From positions 6,251-70,250 of the forward strand of contig CAKOXO010000005.1 in the NCBI GenBank assembly GCA_934130165.1: 64,000 bases of DNA, written 5' to 3'. This document shows, one piece after another, positions 12,385 through 22,862 of the stretch. The stretch is from an uncultured Bacilli bacterium (lineage in GTDB: Bacteria; Bacillota_I; Bacilli_A; RF39; UBA660). Below the pieces are notes generated by a model that saw only the letters and a list, made by a program, of their open reading frames with translations, was not told the origin of the DNA and ran no database searches. Position numbers and translations under genes: made by a program. Positions within the stretch are counted from its first letter, which is position 1. Each line of letters opens with the position of its first letter.

Positions 12385-13290
12385 TTAATATATCATTGTG
12401 TGCAATATTCTTTCAGTATTTTTAAAATTTAGTTTACATACTTCTTTTAATTTTTTTTCTCCGTATTTTGCAACTAATTCTTCACCAATTTTATCTACAT
12501 CTTTAGATGCTCCCTTTACTAATGGAAGTTTTACTTCATCACATAATTTATCAAACTCTTTTAAGAATATATACCTACTAATTATAGATGAACATGCTAC
12601 TGCTAAATTTTTATCTTCTGCTTTAGTCATAAATGTAATACCTTTTTGAATATTATTAATTCCTTTTAAATACTCATAATATCTTTTTTCTCTTGCAAAT
12701 TCATCAACTATAATATAATCATATTTTGGGTTTTCTTCATGAATTAATTGGTATAATACTTTGTTATGCATAATTGATTTAATCTTATTCATATTTACAT
12801 CTTTTGTGTATTTAGCATTGTACTCACTATTTGTTAATATTAAAGATCTATATTTTACTTTTTTTACAATTTCAGGAGCTATTTTTTTGATTTTTTCATC
12901 ATTAATCTTTTTAGAATCACCAACACCTAGTTTTTCTAAAAATGAAACATCTTCTTTTTTTACATAAGATGCAGTTACAACGATAGGTCCAAAATAATCT
13001 CCCGTACCAACTTCATCTGATCCAACAGATGAACAGTTATGATATAATGTAGTAGTTTTATCCTCTTTTTTTTCTTTTGCCTGTTCTGAAACTATTCCCC
13101 ACATTGATGCATCAACATCAGCACTTTTGCCTTGAAACATAACTTTTCCAGATTCATACATTGTTATAACTGTATCTTCTTCTTCAGCTTGAAAAACTAC
13201 ATAAGGAATCTTTTTATCTCTCATTTTATCTTTATAATATTCAATCATTTTTTCCTTTACTTCATCATTTACCTTTATTACAACGTTCAC
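12385..13290 (-). CDS. rnhC: ribonuclease HIII
   Basis: IGSDEVGTGDYFGP catalytic motif. The N-terminal RNase HIII-specific domain is present, as are IIVDEFA and STKAEDKNLAVACSSIISRY. Collinear with B. subtilis RnhC. Confidence 0.9.
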   Translation of the reverse strand: MNVVIKVNDEVKEKMIEYYKDKMRDKKIPYVVFQAEEEDTVITMYESGKVMFQGKSADVDASMWGIVSEQAKEKKEDKTTTLYHNCSSVGSDEVGTGDYFGPIVVTASYVKKEDVSFLEKLGVGDSKKINDEKIKKIAPEIVKKVKYRSLILTNSEYNAKYTKDVNMNKIKSIMHNKVLYQLIHEENPKYDYIIVDEFAREKRYYEYLKGINNIQKGITFMTKAEDKNLAVACSSIISRYIFLKEFDKLCDEVKLPLVKGASKDVDKIGEELVAKYGEKKLKEVCKLNFKNTERILHTMIY

Positions 13291-13363
13291 GTAATCACCT
13301 CAATTTAATTATAGCATATTTTTAAGTGATAAGTTATAATAAAAATAAAGGAGGAACTAATTT

Positions 13364-14053
13364 ATGAATATCTTAGATATCGTTATAATACTTTTGTTAT
13401 TACTTTCATTAATAACGGGTATGAAAAGAGGTTTATTAAAAGAAGGAGTAATGCTTATAGGGGTTATAGTTATATACATAATATCTTTTTGTTTGAAGGA
13501 TAAAATAGGGCTATTATTATGTAAAATATTACCGTTTTTTAAGTTTGATGGAATAGTAGCAATAAATATATTAATATATCAATTAATAGCTTTTGTTTTG
13601 ATAGCATCTATACTATTTAGTATTTATAGTATTGTTTTAAAATTAACTGGTATAATTCAAAAATTAGTTGATTTAACCATAATTCTAACCATACCATCAA
13701 AGATATTAGGAGCTATACTAGGACTTATTGAAGGTTATATTATAATATTTATTATTCTAATAACCTTATCAATTCCATTAGGTAGTACGGAAGTATTTTC
13801 AAGATCAAATCTAAATCAAAAAATCATGAAAGAAACACCAATTCTTAGTAATTCATTTAACAATATAAATAATCTTATTTTAGATATTTATGATGTTAAT
13901 AGTGATATTTCAAAAAAAGATGTAGATAAAACTAATACAAAATTACTTAATATGTATTTAAAATATGATATCTTAAATAAAAAACAATTAAATGATATAA
14001 TTACTACTGGAAAGTTAGATAATATAAGTAATATAGATAAATATAAAGCCTAA
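13364..14053 (+). CDS. CvpA family membrane protein
   Basis: N-terminus MNILDIVIILLLLLSLITGMKRGLLKEG is typical of CvpA/colicin V production family proteins. Multiple TM helices. It lies next to rnhC, as in Bacillus. Confidence 0.6.
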   Translation: MNILDIVIILLLLLSLITGMKRGLLKEGVMLIGVIVIYIISFCLKDKIGLLLCKILPFFKFDGIVAINILIYQLIAFVLIASILFSIYSIVLKLTGIIQKLVDLTIILTIPSKILGAILGLIEGYIIIFIILITLSIPLGSTEVFSRSNLNQKIMKETPILSNSFNNINNLILDIYDVNSDISKKDVDKTNTKLLNMYLKYDILNKKQLNDIITTGKLDNISNIDKYKA

Positions 14054-14137
14054 TGCAACTAATATTTTACAAAAAACAACCTAAAATAGGTAGAATGCAA
14101 CCATGTTATTTAGTATGATTTTTTTGAGGTGATCAAA

Positions 14138-15484
14138 ATGAATTTTTGTAACAATTTACAAAAACTGAGAAAAAATAAAAATATTTCTCAAGAACAATTA
14201 GCAGAGGAGTTAGGAGTTTCTAGACAAGCTGTTTCAAAATGGGAAAGCGGAGCTAGTTATCCTGAAATGGATAAACTAGTCCTGTTATGTAAAACATTTA
14301 ACTGTAATCTAGATGACTTAATAAATAAGGATATAACCCAGATTGAGGATTTATCTAGTTCGAAAAAAATACTTACTAATTTTATTAAAAGTATAGGTGA
14401 TGGAATTACTAAAACTATAAAGATGATTGAAAATTTTAGTTTTAAAGACCTTGTTAAGTTTATAATACAAATACTTGTAATAGTGCTTGTTATTGCAATA
14501 TGTAGAATTCCATTTTCACTAGTTGAGGATGCTGTTTATAATATATTATCAGAATATCAAAATAATGTAATATGTAATGTTTTCCTAACATTCTTTGAAT
14601 TTATTATTTCAATAGGATATAGTGTTTTTGCAATTATAACTTTCTTTTATATTTATAAAGTTAAATTTTTGAATGAAGCAGAAATAATAAAACAAGAAAA
14701 TAATGCCAAAACAAGTGATACGAATAAACAAATAAAATCTAGTGATAAATATATTATAAAATCAAATAAAATGACAATACTAGAATTTTTAACTATGTTA
14801 CTGATTTGGTTTTTAAAGTTTATGGTAATTGTTTTTATGATTCCAACACTTATATCTTTATTAACTACAATAGTATGTTTTACTTTATTTATTGTATTGT
14901 TATTTAAAGGATTATTACTAACTGGACCTATTCTAATTACAATTAGTCTTATAGTTTTTGGAGTAGTACTTCTAGAAATTATGTTTAATTTTATAGTAAA
15001 TAAGAAGTCTACCTATAAAAGGGTATTCATTGCTATGATATCTTCTATAGCAGTTTTTGGAATAGGTGTCTTATTCTCAATGATATACTTTTCTAATTTG
15101 AAATTAATGGATAGACCATCTCCTAAATTTAAAAATAAAAAAATGGAACAAGTAATTTCTATGAATGATAGTTTATTTATACATAACTATAATGGAAATA
15201 TTAATTATGAAGTTGATCCAAATATGTCTAATGATGAAGTTAAATTGGTGTTATCTTATTACAGCAATACCATTACACCTAAAGTAAATAAAAATGATGA
15301 TAATACATATTCTATAGGAGTAATTCAATCTAAATATTTTAGAATGCAGGATTACACAGATGATATAATTAATAATTTAAAGAAAAAGAGAGTATATACA
15401 TATTATGGAGTAAATGATATAAATGTTTCCGTTTTTGCATCAGAGGAAAATATCAATAAAATTAAGGAAAATTATTATAAATAA
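14138..15484 (+). CDS. XRE-family HTH transcriptional regulator fused to a multi-pass membrane domain
   Basis: ATG at 14138 with RBS GAGGTGA. N-terminal HTH reads NISQEQLAEELGVSRQAVSKWESG. The C-terminal roughly 350 aa are highly hydrophobic. Confidence 0.7.
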   Translation: MNFCNNLQKLRKNKNISQEQLAEELGVSRQAVSKWESGASYPEMDKLVLLCKTFNCNLDDLINKDITQIEDLSSSKKILTNFIKSIGDGITKTIKMIENFSFKDLVKFIIQILVIVLVIAICRIPFSLVEDAVYNILSEYQNNVICNVFLTFFEFIISIGYSVFAIITFFYIYKVKFLNEAEIIKQENNAKTSDTNKQIKSSDKYIIKSNKMTILEFLTMLLIWFLKFMVIVFMIPTLISLLTTIVCFTLFIVLLFKGLLLTGPILITISLIVFGVVLLEIMFNFIVNKKSTYKRVFIAMISSIAVFGIGVLFSMIYFSNLKLMDRPSPKFKNKKMEQVISMNDSLFIHNYNGNINYEVDPNMSNDEVKLVLSYYSNTITPKVNKNDDNTYSIGVIQSKYFRMQDYTDDIINNLKKKRVYTYYGVNDINVSVFASEENINKIKENYYK

Positions 15485-15492
15485 AAAAAGAG

Positions 15493-16071
15493 TTAACTCC
15501 TTTTTTCTATTAATATATTATCTAAAATTTTGTATGAATAGTTATCTAATTTATTAAGTATTTCATCCTTTATTTTTACCATGTAAGTTATTTTTACATC
15601 AAAATTTTTACTAACTATTTCTTCGTCTTTTAAAATATAGTTTATTTTATCTTGAATATCATAATCAAAAGTTAATTCTATTAATTTTCCATTTTGTAAT
15701 TTGTTAATATTTACTAAGGCTAATGTATCTTTAACACTTTTAGAATATGCTCTTACTAATCCTCCGGCACCCAATTTTATTCCACCAAAATATCTTACAA
15801 CTATTGCTAATATATTAGTTATTTTTTCTTTTTCTAAGACATTTAATATAGGCATACCGGCAGTTCCACCTGGTTCTCCATCATCACTTGATTTCTTGTT
15901 GGAATCAACAATATATGCATAACAATAATGAGTTGCTTTTGGATATGACTTTTTAATATTATCTAAAATGTCAGAAACGTCATTTTTAGATTTAATTTTA
16001 AAAAGGAGAGTAATGAATTTTGAATTTTTAATTATTGTTTCACCTTTTGTGTTTTTATCAATTGTATACAT
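15493..16071 (-). CDS. yigZ: YigZ/IMPACT family protein
   Basis: DDGEPGGTAGMPIL and VVRYFGGIKLGAGGLVRAYS motifs of the UPF0029/IMPACT family. Confidence 0.8.
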   Translation of the reverse strand: MYTIDKNTKGETIIKNSKFITLLFKIKSKNDVSDILDNIKKSYPKATHYCYAYIVDSNKKSSDDGEPGGTAGMPILNVLEKEKITNILAIVVRYFGGIKLGAGGLVRAYSKSVKDTLALVNINKLQNGKLIELTFDYDIQDKINYILKDEEIVSKNFDVKITYMVKIKDEILNKLDNYSYKILDNILIEKRS

Positions 16072-16146
16072 ATAACCTCACCAAGATAATTATATCTTAT
16101 AATAGTTAAAAATAATAGTATTTTCTTTGTAATACAATAATAGAAA

Positions 16147-16175
16147 TTGACAAAATCACAGTTTTATGGTATAAT
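16147..16175 (+). promoter_or_regulatory. sigma-A promoter
   Basis: TTGACA, 17 nt spacer, TATAAT, a perfect consensus, 30 nt upstream of the ORF at 16207. Confidence 0.7.
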
Positions 16176-16206
16176 GTGTTCACTTTAATAAGAGGGGGAA
16201 TTTATT

Positions 16207-16587
16207 ATGAAAATAGGTTTAGATCAAATATATAATGGTAATATTTCAGAGGTTGTTGATGTTGATATAGTTACAGAGTCAATTAGTCCTACAGTAGCTG
16301 TAGCTAAAAGCGTCCCTAAAACGCAATTAATAAAAGAGGATGCCTGTCTAATAAAAATCAAAGATGGACTATATGTTGATATTGATAATATTAGAAGTTT
16401 ATCTGACAGAGTTAAATTAAAAAGAGAGCTTAGAAGAGAAAAAAAGAAAAGAAACAATCTTTTAATACATACAACTGGTTCTTTAGTAGAACAATTAGTA
16501 GTTGATGATTCTGAAATTAAACCACTTTATCCAAATGAAAATAAAAAAATACCATTAAGAAAAATTAAAAAAATTAGAAATAAATAA
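16207..16587 (+). CDS. hypothetical basic protein (126 aa)
   Basis: RBS AGAGGGGGAA lies upstream. The C-terminus is Lys/Arg-rich. No recognisable family. Confidence 0.5.
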   Translation: MKIGLDQIYNGNISEVVDVDIVTESISPTVAVAKSVPKTQLIKEDACLIKIKDGLYVDIDNIRSLSDRVKLKRELRREKKKRNNLLIHTTGSLVEQLVVDDSEIKPLYPNENKKIPLRKIKKIRNK

Positions 16588-16593
16588 TTTTTA

Positions 16594-16633
16594 AAGAATA
16601 AACTTTAATTATGTAAATGTTTATTCTTTTTTG
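16594..16633 (+). terminator. Rho-independent terminator
   Basis: 10-bp stem aagaataaac / gtttattctt followed by tttttt. Confidence 0.75.
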
Positions 16634-16701
16634 TATAAGAAATTAAATACTAGAGATTATGAAATAAAGATTTATTTTTATCTTTTTGTTTCTTAATTTG
16701 A

Positions 16702-16729
16702 TTTACATAATGAATAAATATGATATAAT
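16702..16729 (+). promoter_or_regulatory. promoter with extended -10
   Basis: TTTACA, 16 nt spacer, TGaTATAAT, upstream of the transporter gene. Confidence 0.55.
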
Positions 16730-16744
16730 TAAAATGGTGATGAT

Positions 16745-17887
16745 ATGTTAAAAAAGGATAAAAAAATTGATGTTGAAAGTTTAAATGAACTTATATCAAC
16801 TGGTAAAAAAATATTAAGAGTTAGTTTTATAGCTATAATAATTGGGGTTATAGTGCTTGGATTATATTTGCTTAATTCCTTAAATGTTTTTAGAATAATA
16901 AAAGAATTATTAGTAGTCATTTCTCCAGTATTTATTGGTTTAATACTTGCCTGGCTGTTAGACCCAGTTGTTAAAATACTGCAAAGAAGAAAAATACCTA
17001 GGTTGGTTGCTTGTATTTTTGTATATTTAGTTTTTATTGGTTTAATTGTAACTTTATTGATAGTTATGATGCCATCATTTGTATCTCAAATAAAAGATTT
17101 TGTAAATACAATACCATCAATATTAACTGATTTAAAAATGCTTATATCTGATGTAGTTAATTCATTTAGTAGTAATAATGGAATAGATTTAGGTTATGTA
17201 AAAAAACAAATTTTTTCTACTATAAATTCGCTAAGTAATAACTTAACTAACAATTTACCTGATACATTAATAAATATCGCAACTAGTGTAATAAGTGGGG
17301 GAATGTTTGTAATTCTTGGTCTTATGATTGGTTTTTATATGTTATATGACTTTGATAAGGTTAGTGTTGGAATTATTAATATGTTACCTAAAACATGGAG
17401 AAGTGATGCTAGAGAGTTAACAAATAGAATAAATCATTCGTTAAGAGAGTATGTAACCGGAGTTTTATTAGTTATGTCACTTGTATTTATCACTCAAAGT
17501 ATTGGTCTTAGCATAGCTGGACTTAAATCTCCTCTTGTTTTTGCACTATTTTGTGCAATTACAGATGTAATACCATACTTTGGACCATATATAGGAGCAA
17601 TTCCAGCAGTTATTGTAGGATTTACAATTTCTCCTTGGGTTGGAATAGGGTGTGTTATTTCAATAGTTGTTGTACAAATATTAGAAAACAATTTTTATCA
17701 ACCACTTATAATGGGTCATACTATGAAGTTACATCCTGTTACAATTATGGCTGGACTATTGATTTTTGAACATTTCTTTGGTATTATAGGTATGATTGTT
17801 GCAACTCCTGTTATAGCATGTATAAAAGTAATTTTTACGTTTATTGATGAAAAGAAAAATGTAATGCAAAAAATAAAAGGTGAATAA
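16745..17887 (+). CDS. AI-2E family transporter (PerM/YdiK-like)
   Basis: Eight predicted TM helices. Conserved C-terminal motif FALFCAITDVIPYFGPYIGAIPAVIVGF is characteristic of the AI-2E/UPF0118 family. Confidence 0.8.
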   Translation: MLKKDKKIDVESLNELISTGKKILRVSFIAIIIGVIVLGLYLLNSLNVFRIIKELLVVISPVFIGLILAWLLDPVVKILQRRKIPRLVACIFVYLVFIGLIVTLLIVMMPSFVSQIKDFVNTIPSILTDLKMLISDVVNSFSSNNGIDLGYVKKQIFSTINSLSNNLTNNLPDTLINIATSVISGGMFVILGLMIGFYMLYDFDKVSVGIINMLPKTWRSDARELTNRINHSLREYVTGVLLVMSLVFITQSIGLSIAGLKSPLVFALFCAITDVIPYFGPYIGAIPAVIVGFTISPWVGIGCVISIVVVQILENNFYQPLIMGHTMKLHPVTIMAGLLIFEHFFGIIGMIVATPVIACIKVIFTFIDEKKNVMQKIKGE

Positions 17888-18010
17888 AACGTTGATAAAG
17901 ATAAGTAGTAAAATATTTTATTTAAGAGAGTTAATGGTTGGTGAAAATTAACATAAAAATTTTATGAAAGCTACTTTTGAGTTTTAAAGGGAGACCGTTA
18001 TCTAAATTAA

Positions 18011-18069
18011 GACCAAGTTAGGATGGTACCGGGTATTATTAATATCCTCCTAATCTGGTCTTTTATTTG
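18011..18069 (+). terminator. Rho-independent terminator (imperfect long stem)
   Basis: gaccaagttaggat ... atcctcctaatctggtc stem followed by ttttatttg. Lies between the transporter and the kinase-like gene. Confidence 0.55.
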
Positions 18070-18086
18070 TATAAAAGGAGAATAAT

Positions 18087-18632
18087 ATGAAAGTATATGT
18101 AATTGGTGGAAAAGCTGGAGTTGGAAAAAACACTTTGGCGCAATATTTAAAAGAAGAATTAGAAAATTATAATCATAAACCGTGTATTATACAGATAACG
18201 GAACCGTTATATTCATATGCTAGAAACTACTTTAATTGGGATGGTGATATTAATCATAAACCCAGAAAGTTTCTGCAGCAAATGGGAATTGAAATTATTA
18301 ATAAAAAACTAGGTAAAAAGGATTTCCTACTAAATAGATTATATGAAAATATAGAAATATTAAGTAACTATTTTGATGTATTTATAGTTCCTGATATAAG
18401 ACTAATTAATGAGTTTAATAGTATTAAAAATAAATATGATGAAGTCACTACCATAAAACTAGAACGAGATAATTATAATAATCACCTAACAGGTGAAGAA
18501 AGTAATCATATTACTGAAACAGAAATAGATAATTATAACGAATTTAGTTATATATTAAAAAACACCGATAAAAACAAATTAAAAAAAGATGCAATAAATA
18601 TAGTTAAAATGAGTGAAGAAAAGGAGAGATAG
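18087..18632 (+). CDS. P-loop NTPase, nucleoside/nucleotide kinase-like
   Basis: Walker A GGKAGVGKNT at the N-terminus. About 180 aa, the size of dNMP/adenylate-kinase-like proteins. Confidence 0.5.
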   Translation: MKVYVIGGKAGVGKNTLAQYLKEELENYNHKPCIIQITEPLYSYARNYFNWDGDINHKPRKFLQQMGIEIINKKLGKKDFLLNRLYENIEILSNYFDVFIVPDIRLINEFNSIKNKYDEVTTIKLERDNYNNHLTGEESNHITETEIDNYNEFSYILKNTDKNKLKKDAINIVKMSEEKER

Positions 18633-18633
18633 T

Positions 18634-19185
18634 ATGAATAAATTAATAGCAGTAGTTGGTATGAGTGGAACAGGAAAAAGTGTAATAACTGATTATTTAG
18701 AGGAAAATAACTGGAATAAATTATATTTTGGTGGTATTACATATAAACTTATGAAGGAAGCTGGAATAGAGCGAACAGCTGATGGCAAAGTAGAAAAGGA
18801 ATTTAGAGAAAAACTAAGAGAAGATCATGGCCCTGAATGTTATGCTAAGTTTTTAGAACCAGAGATAAGAGAAAAACTAGCCCAAGGAAATGTTGTATTA
18901 GATGGTTTATATTCTTGGTATGAGTATAAATATTTAATAGAGCGTTTTGAAAATTTAGTTTTAATATGTGTAGTAACCGATAAAAATATAAGATATAGTC
19001 GTGTAGCGAATAGACCAGATAGACCATTTGATAAAGATGCTATAGTCTATAGAGATTTATCAGAAATAGAGAATTTAGCTAAAGGTGGACCTATTGCTTA
19101 TGCTGACTATTATATTTTAAACAATGGTGAAATGAATGAAGAAATAAATAGATTAAAAGAAATACTTAAAGAGATAGGAGAGTAG
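18634..19185 (+). CDS. P-loop NTPase, nucleoside/nucleotide kinase-like (second copy)
   Basis: ATG at 18634 with RBS AAGGAGAG. Walker A GMSGTGKS. Paralogous in architecture to the upstream gene. Confidence 0.5.
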   Translation: MNKLIAVVGMSGTGKSVITDYLEENNWNKLYFGGITYKLMKEAGIERTADGKVEKEFREKLREDHGPECYAKFLEPEIREKLAQGNVVLDGLYSWYEYKYLIERFENLVLICVVTDKNIRYSRVANRPDRPFDKDAIVYRDLSEIENLAKGGPIAYADYYILNNGEMNEEINRLKEILKEIGE

Positions 19186-19188
19186 TAT

Positions 19189-21879
19189 ATGAAATATATG
19201 ACACACAATGAAATAAGAAAAACTTGGTTTAACTTTTTTGAAAATAAAGGCCACAAAAAGGTTGAAAGTGCATCTTTGATACCAGTTAATGATGATAGCT
19301 TATTATGGATAAATGCTGGGGTGGCTCCATTAAAAAAGTATTTTGATGGTACTGTAGTGCCAGAATCTAGAAGAATAGTAAATATCCAAAAATGTATTCG
19401 TACTAATGATATTGAAAATGTTGGTGTTACAAAACGTCATCAAACTTTCTTTGAAATGATGGGAAATTTCTCTATAGGGGACTATTTTAAAGATGAAGCA
19501 ATAGAATTTGCTTATGAACTTTTAACCTCGAATGAGTATTTTGCAATTGATAAAAATTTATTGTATGTAACGGTATATCCAGAAGATACAGAAGCTTATA
19601 ATAAATGGATTGAAGTTGGTATGGATGAAGATCATATTATAAAATTAGAAGAAAACTTTTGGGAAATCGGTGAAGGCCCTTGCGGACCAGATTCTGAAAT
19701 ATTCTTTGATCGAGGTGAAAAATATGACAAAGATGGTACTGCCTTTGATAAATTTATAAAAGACGAAGAACAAGAACGTTATATTGAAATTTGGAACAAC
19801 GTATTTAGTCAATTTAATTCCAAAAAAAATACTCCAAGAAGCAAATATAAAGAACTACCTTCAAAAAATATTGATACAGGTGCTGGTCTTGAAAGATGGT
19901 GTTTAATGTTTCAAAACGTTGACTCTAATTTTGACACAGACCTATTTACTCCAATAATCAGACATATTGAAGAATTATGTGGGATGTTATATGAATCACA
20001 AAAAGAATTTAAAGTAATTGCCGATCACATTAGAGCTATTACATTTGCTATCGCAGATCAAGCAAGTTTTGATAATGTTGGTCGAGGATATATTTTAAGA
20101 CGACTATTAAGAAGAAGTATTAGGATGGGAAAACATTTAGGATTAAATGAACCATTTATGTATAAATTGGTATCAGATGTTGTTGATATAATGAATGAAT
20201 CATATCCTTATTTAAAATCAAGAAGAAGCGACATTGAAGTTGCAGTATTAGAGGAAGAAAAATTATTCTTTAAAACTTTAGATGCGGGTGAAAAAAGACT
20301 TAACGAATTAGTTAAAAATAGCACTGATGGAAAGATAAGTGGAGAAGATGCATTTAAGTTATATGATACTTATGGTTTTCCTTTTGAATTAACATTAGAA
20401 TGTCTAGAAGAATTAGGTTATACAACAGATAAAGAAGAATTTGATAAATTTATGCAAATGCAAAAAGACCTAGCTAAAAAGAATTCAAAAACAAAAACTT
20501 CTATGGCATCACAAAAAAAGGTATTACTAGACTTTACAAAAGATTCTAAATTTGTTTATGGAATTTATAGATTGAAAAGTAATGTTTTAGCAATCTTTTC
20601 TAAGGATAGTTTAGAGAAAAAACTAAATCATGATGGATACATCGCTTTAAAAAGAACTTGTTTTTATGCAGAAAGTGGAGGACAAGTTAGTGATACAGGA
20701 ATGATCATTGGTAAAAACTTTAAAGCTAGAGTAGTAGATGTTTTTAAAGGTCCAAATGGACAACATATTCATAAAATAAGACTTTTAGATGGTGTTATTA
20801 ATGTTAATGATGATTGTGAAATAATTATTGATAAAGACAGAAGAAGAAGAATTGAAGCAAACCACTCTAGTGTACATATGTTACAGTATGCTCTACAACA
20901 AATAGTATCAAATAAAATTGCTCAAGCTGGTTCTTATGTTGATAATGAAAAATTAAGATTTGATTTTACATACTCTGGTAAAATAGATGATGAAGAAATA
21001 GTGAAAGTAGAAGAGTTCATAAATAATGAAATTAAAAAACATATAATAGTTTCAACAGAAATTATGCCATTTGATAAAGCCAAACAAATAGGTGCTATGG
21101 CATTATTCTCTGAAAAATATGGTGATACAGTTCGTGTTGTAAAAATAGGAAAATCAATTGAATTATGTGGTGGTACTCATGCTAACAACACATCAGATAT
21201 TAAACGTCTTGCAATTTATAATTTTGAATCTAAAGGAAGTAATGTATACAGAATTGAAGCCACAACAGGAAGTAGAATAGAAAATACACTATTTGATATC
21301 ATAAAGCCATATAACGACGAAATGATGCGACTACTAATTAAGGCAAAAGAAATTATAAATCAAGCAAAAAAGATGGATATAAAATTAGATTTTGATGTAG
21401 AAATAGATAATTCAGCACCTACTTCATATAAAGATATAATATTTAATAAAAATGAATTAAAATATATTCAAAACGAGGTAAAAGAGTTAGAAAAGAAATT
21501 TATTTCTGAAAAGGAGAAAAAAGCTCTAGATAATATAGATGTTTATAAAAAAGAAATAGTAGAAAATAATGAGTTTAAATATTTAGTAATGAAAACTATA
21601 GATAAAGATGTTACAGCTTTAAAATCAATTGCTGATAGTATTATTAATTATATGGAAAATGGTGTAGTATTTTTTGCTAATATTAAAAATAATAGTGTTA
21701 ATTTTATAGCAAAGAGTAATTGTTCAGTTAATGCAGGATATATTGTTAAAATGGCTTCTAATAAAGCTCTAGGTAATGGTGGAGGTAGTCCTACTTTTGC
21801 TCAAGGTGGAGGTCATGATATATCAGTAATTGATGATGTATTAGAACTAGTTACTAAGGAAATAAATGATGAAAAATAA
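19189..21879 (+). CDS. alaS: alanine--tRNA ligase
   Basis: 896 aa. N-terminal catalytic motifs EIRKTWFNFFENKGH and WINAGVAPLK, the HxxxH/CxxxH editing-domain motifs (HSSVHM ... CGGTHA) and a C-terminal DHHA1-like region. Confidence 0.95.
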   Translation: MKYMTHNEIRKTWFNFFENKGHKKVESASLIPVNDDSLLWINAGVAPLKKYFDGTVVPESRRIVNIQKCIRTNDIENVGVTKRHQTFFEMMGNFSIGDYFKDEAIEFAYELLTSNEYFAIDKNLLYVTVYPEDTEAYNKWIEVGMDEDHIIKLEENFWEIGEGPCGPDSEIFFDRGEKYDKDGTAFDKFIKDEEQERYIEIWNNVFSQFNSKKNTPRSKYKELPSKNIDTGAGLERWCLMFQNVDSNFDTDLFTPIIRHIEELCGMLYESQKEFKVIADHIRAITFAIADQASFDNVGRGYILRRLLRRSIRMGKHLGLNEPFMYKLVSDVVDIMNESYPYLKSRRSDIEVAVLEEEKLFFKTLDAGEKRLNELVKNSTDGKISGEDAFKLYDTYGFPFELTLECLEELGYTTDKEEFDKFMQMQKDLAKKNSKTKTSMASQKKVLLDFTKDSKFVYGIYRLKSNVLAIFSKDSLEKKLNHDGYIALKRTCFYAESGGQVSDTGMIIGKNFKARVVDVFKGPNGQHIHKIRLLDGVINVNDDCEIIIDKDRRRRIEANHSSVHMLQYALQQIVSNKIAQAGSYVDNEKLRFDFTYSGKIDDEEIVKVEEFINNEIKKHIIVSTEIMPFDKAKQIGAMALFSEKYGDTVRVVKIGKSIELCGGTHANNTSDIKRLAIYNFESKGSNVYRIEATTGSRIENTLFDIIKPYNDEMMRLLIKAKEIINQAKKMDIKLDFDVEIDNSAPTSYKDIIFNKNELKYIQNEVKELEKKFISEKEKKALDNIDVYKKEIVENNEFKYLVMKTIDKDVTALKSIADSIINYMENGVVFFANIKNNSVNFIAKSNCSVNAGYIVKMASNKALGNGGGSPTFAQGGGHDISVIDDVLELVTKEINDEK

Positions 21880-22804
21880 CTTTTTATTAGAAAGCAGTGA
21901 TGGTATAGTACTAGATAAAAAAATAGATAAAATTATATCTAGTACTAATTTTTCTAATGCGAGTAAAAGTAGTTACGATATAGAAGAAAAAGATCTAAGT
22001 GATGCCTTAGAGGATTTAGATACATATAGTTTTTTAAACGATAAAAAAATTATTATAATTAAGAATCCTTTTTGTAATTACAATGAAAAAAAGTTTAATC
22101 ACTTACTTAAATATATAGATAATCCAAATCCAGATAATCTCTTAATCTTAGTCTGTGAAAAGCTAGATAGTAGATTAACTGCAACAAAGAAACTTAAAAG
22201 TAGTAAAAATATTGAAATTTTAAAACTAGAAGTTAATCCATATCAATATGTTAAAAATATATTAAAGGATTTTAAAATAAGTGAAGATACTATTAATTTG
22301 TTAGTTGAAAAATGTAAAAGTGATATTACAAGACTTGATAGTGAATGTAATAAATTAATGCTTTATAAAGATAATTCTAAGGAAATTACTAATACAGATG
22401 TTTCAAATATGGTAATAGAAAAACTAGGTGAATCTAATGAGATATTATTTTCATTTGTAAATAGTTTATTATCCAAGGATACTACAAACTCATTTAAATA
22501 TTATAAAGATTTAGCAAGATATAATATTGATTCCAATTCAATAATTGGTCTAGTTACCTCACAAACAAGATTGATATATCAAGTTAAAACTTTAGCTGAT
22601 AAAGGTTTATCAAATGAATTGATAAAAGATACTTTAGGGGTAAAAAGTGTATTTCAAATAAAAAAGATTAAAAACTATATTTATCAGTATTCATATAAGG
22701 AATTGGCAAATTTAATCTCTAGTCTTGCTTTGGTTGATTTAAATATTAAAAGTGGCAAATTAGATGCAAATATGGCTATAGATATGTTATTAATAAATAT
22801 GTAA
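21866..22804 (+). CDS. holA: DNA polymerase III subunit delta (HolA-like)
   Basis: 312 aa with the delta-subunit pattern (LILVCEKLD...KLMLYKDNSKEIT...ILFSFVNSLLSKD...LVTSQTRLIYQVK). Overlaps the alaS stop. Confidence 0.55.
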   Translation: MMKNNFLLESSDGIVLDKKIDKIISSTNFSNASKSSYDIEEKDLSDALEDLDTYSFLNDKKIIIIKNPFCNYNEKKFNHLLKYIDNPNPDNLLILVCEKLDSRLTATKKLKSSKNIEILKLEVNPYQYVKNILKDFKISEDTINLLVEKCKSDITRLDSECNKLMLYKDNSKEITNTDVSNMVIEKLGESNEILFSFVNSLLSKDTTNSFKYYKDLARYNIDSNSIIGLVTSQTRLIYQVKTLADKGLSNELIKDTLGVKSVFQIKKIKNYIYQYSYKELANLISSLALVDLNIKSGKLDANMAIDMLLINM

Positions 22805-22862
22805 ATAAAGTAAATATAATTATTTTGCATTATTTTTATAGAAATTCAGGTTAGGTGATATC

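Noticed and set aside
17888-18086. A riboswitch or T-box leader upstream of the P-loop kinase gene.
   Set aside because: Only one imperfect hairpin followed by a T-run is present. There is no specifier or T-box sequence and no recognisable riboswitch core, so it is interpreted as the terminator of the upstream transporter gene.
19100-19188. A T-box leader upstream of alaS.
   Set aside because: alaS starts 3 nt after the preceding gene, so there is no room for a leader.
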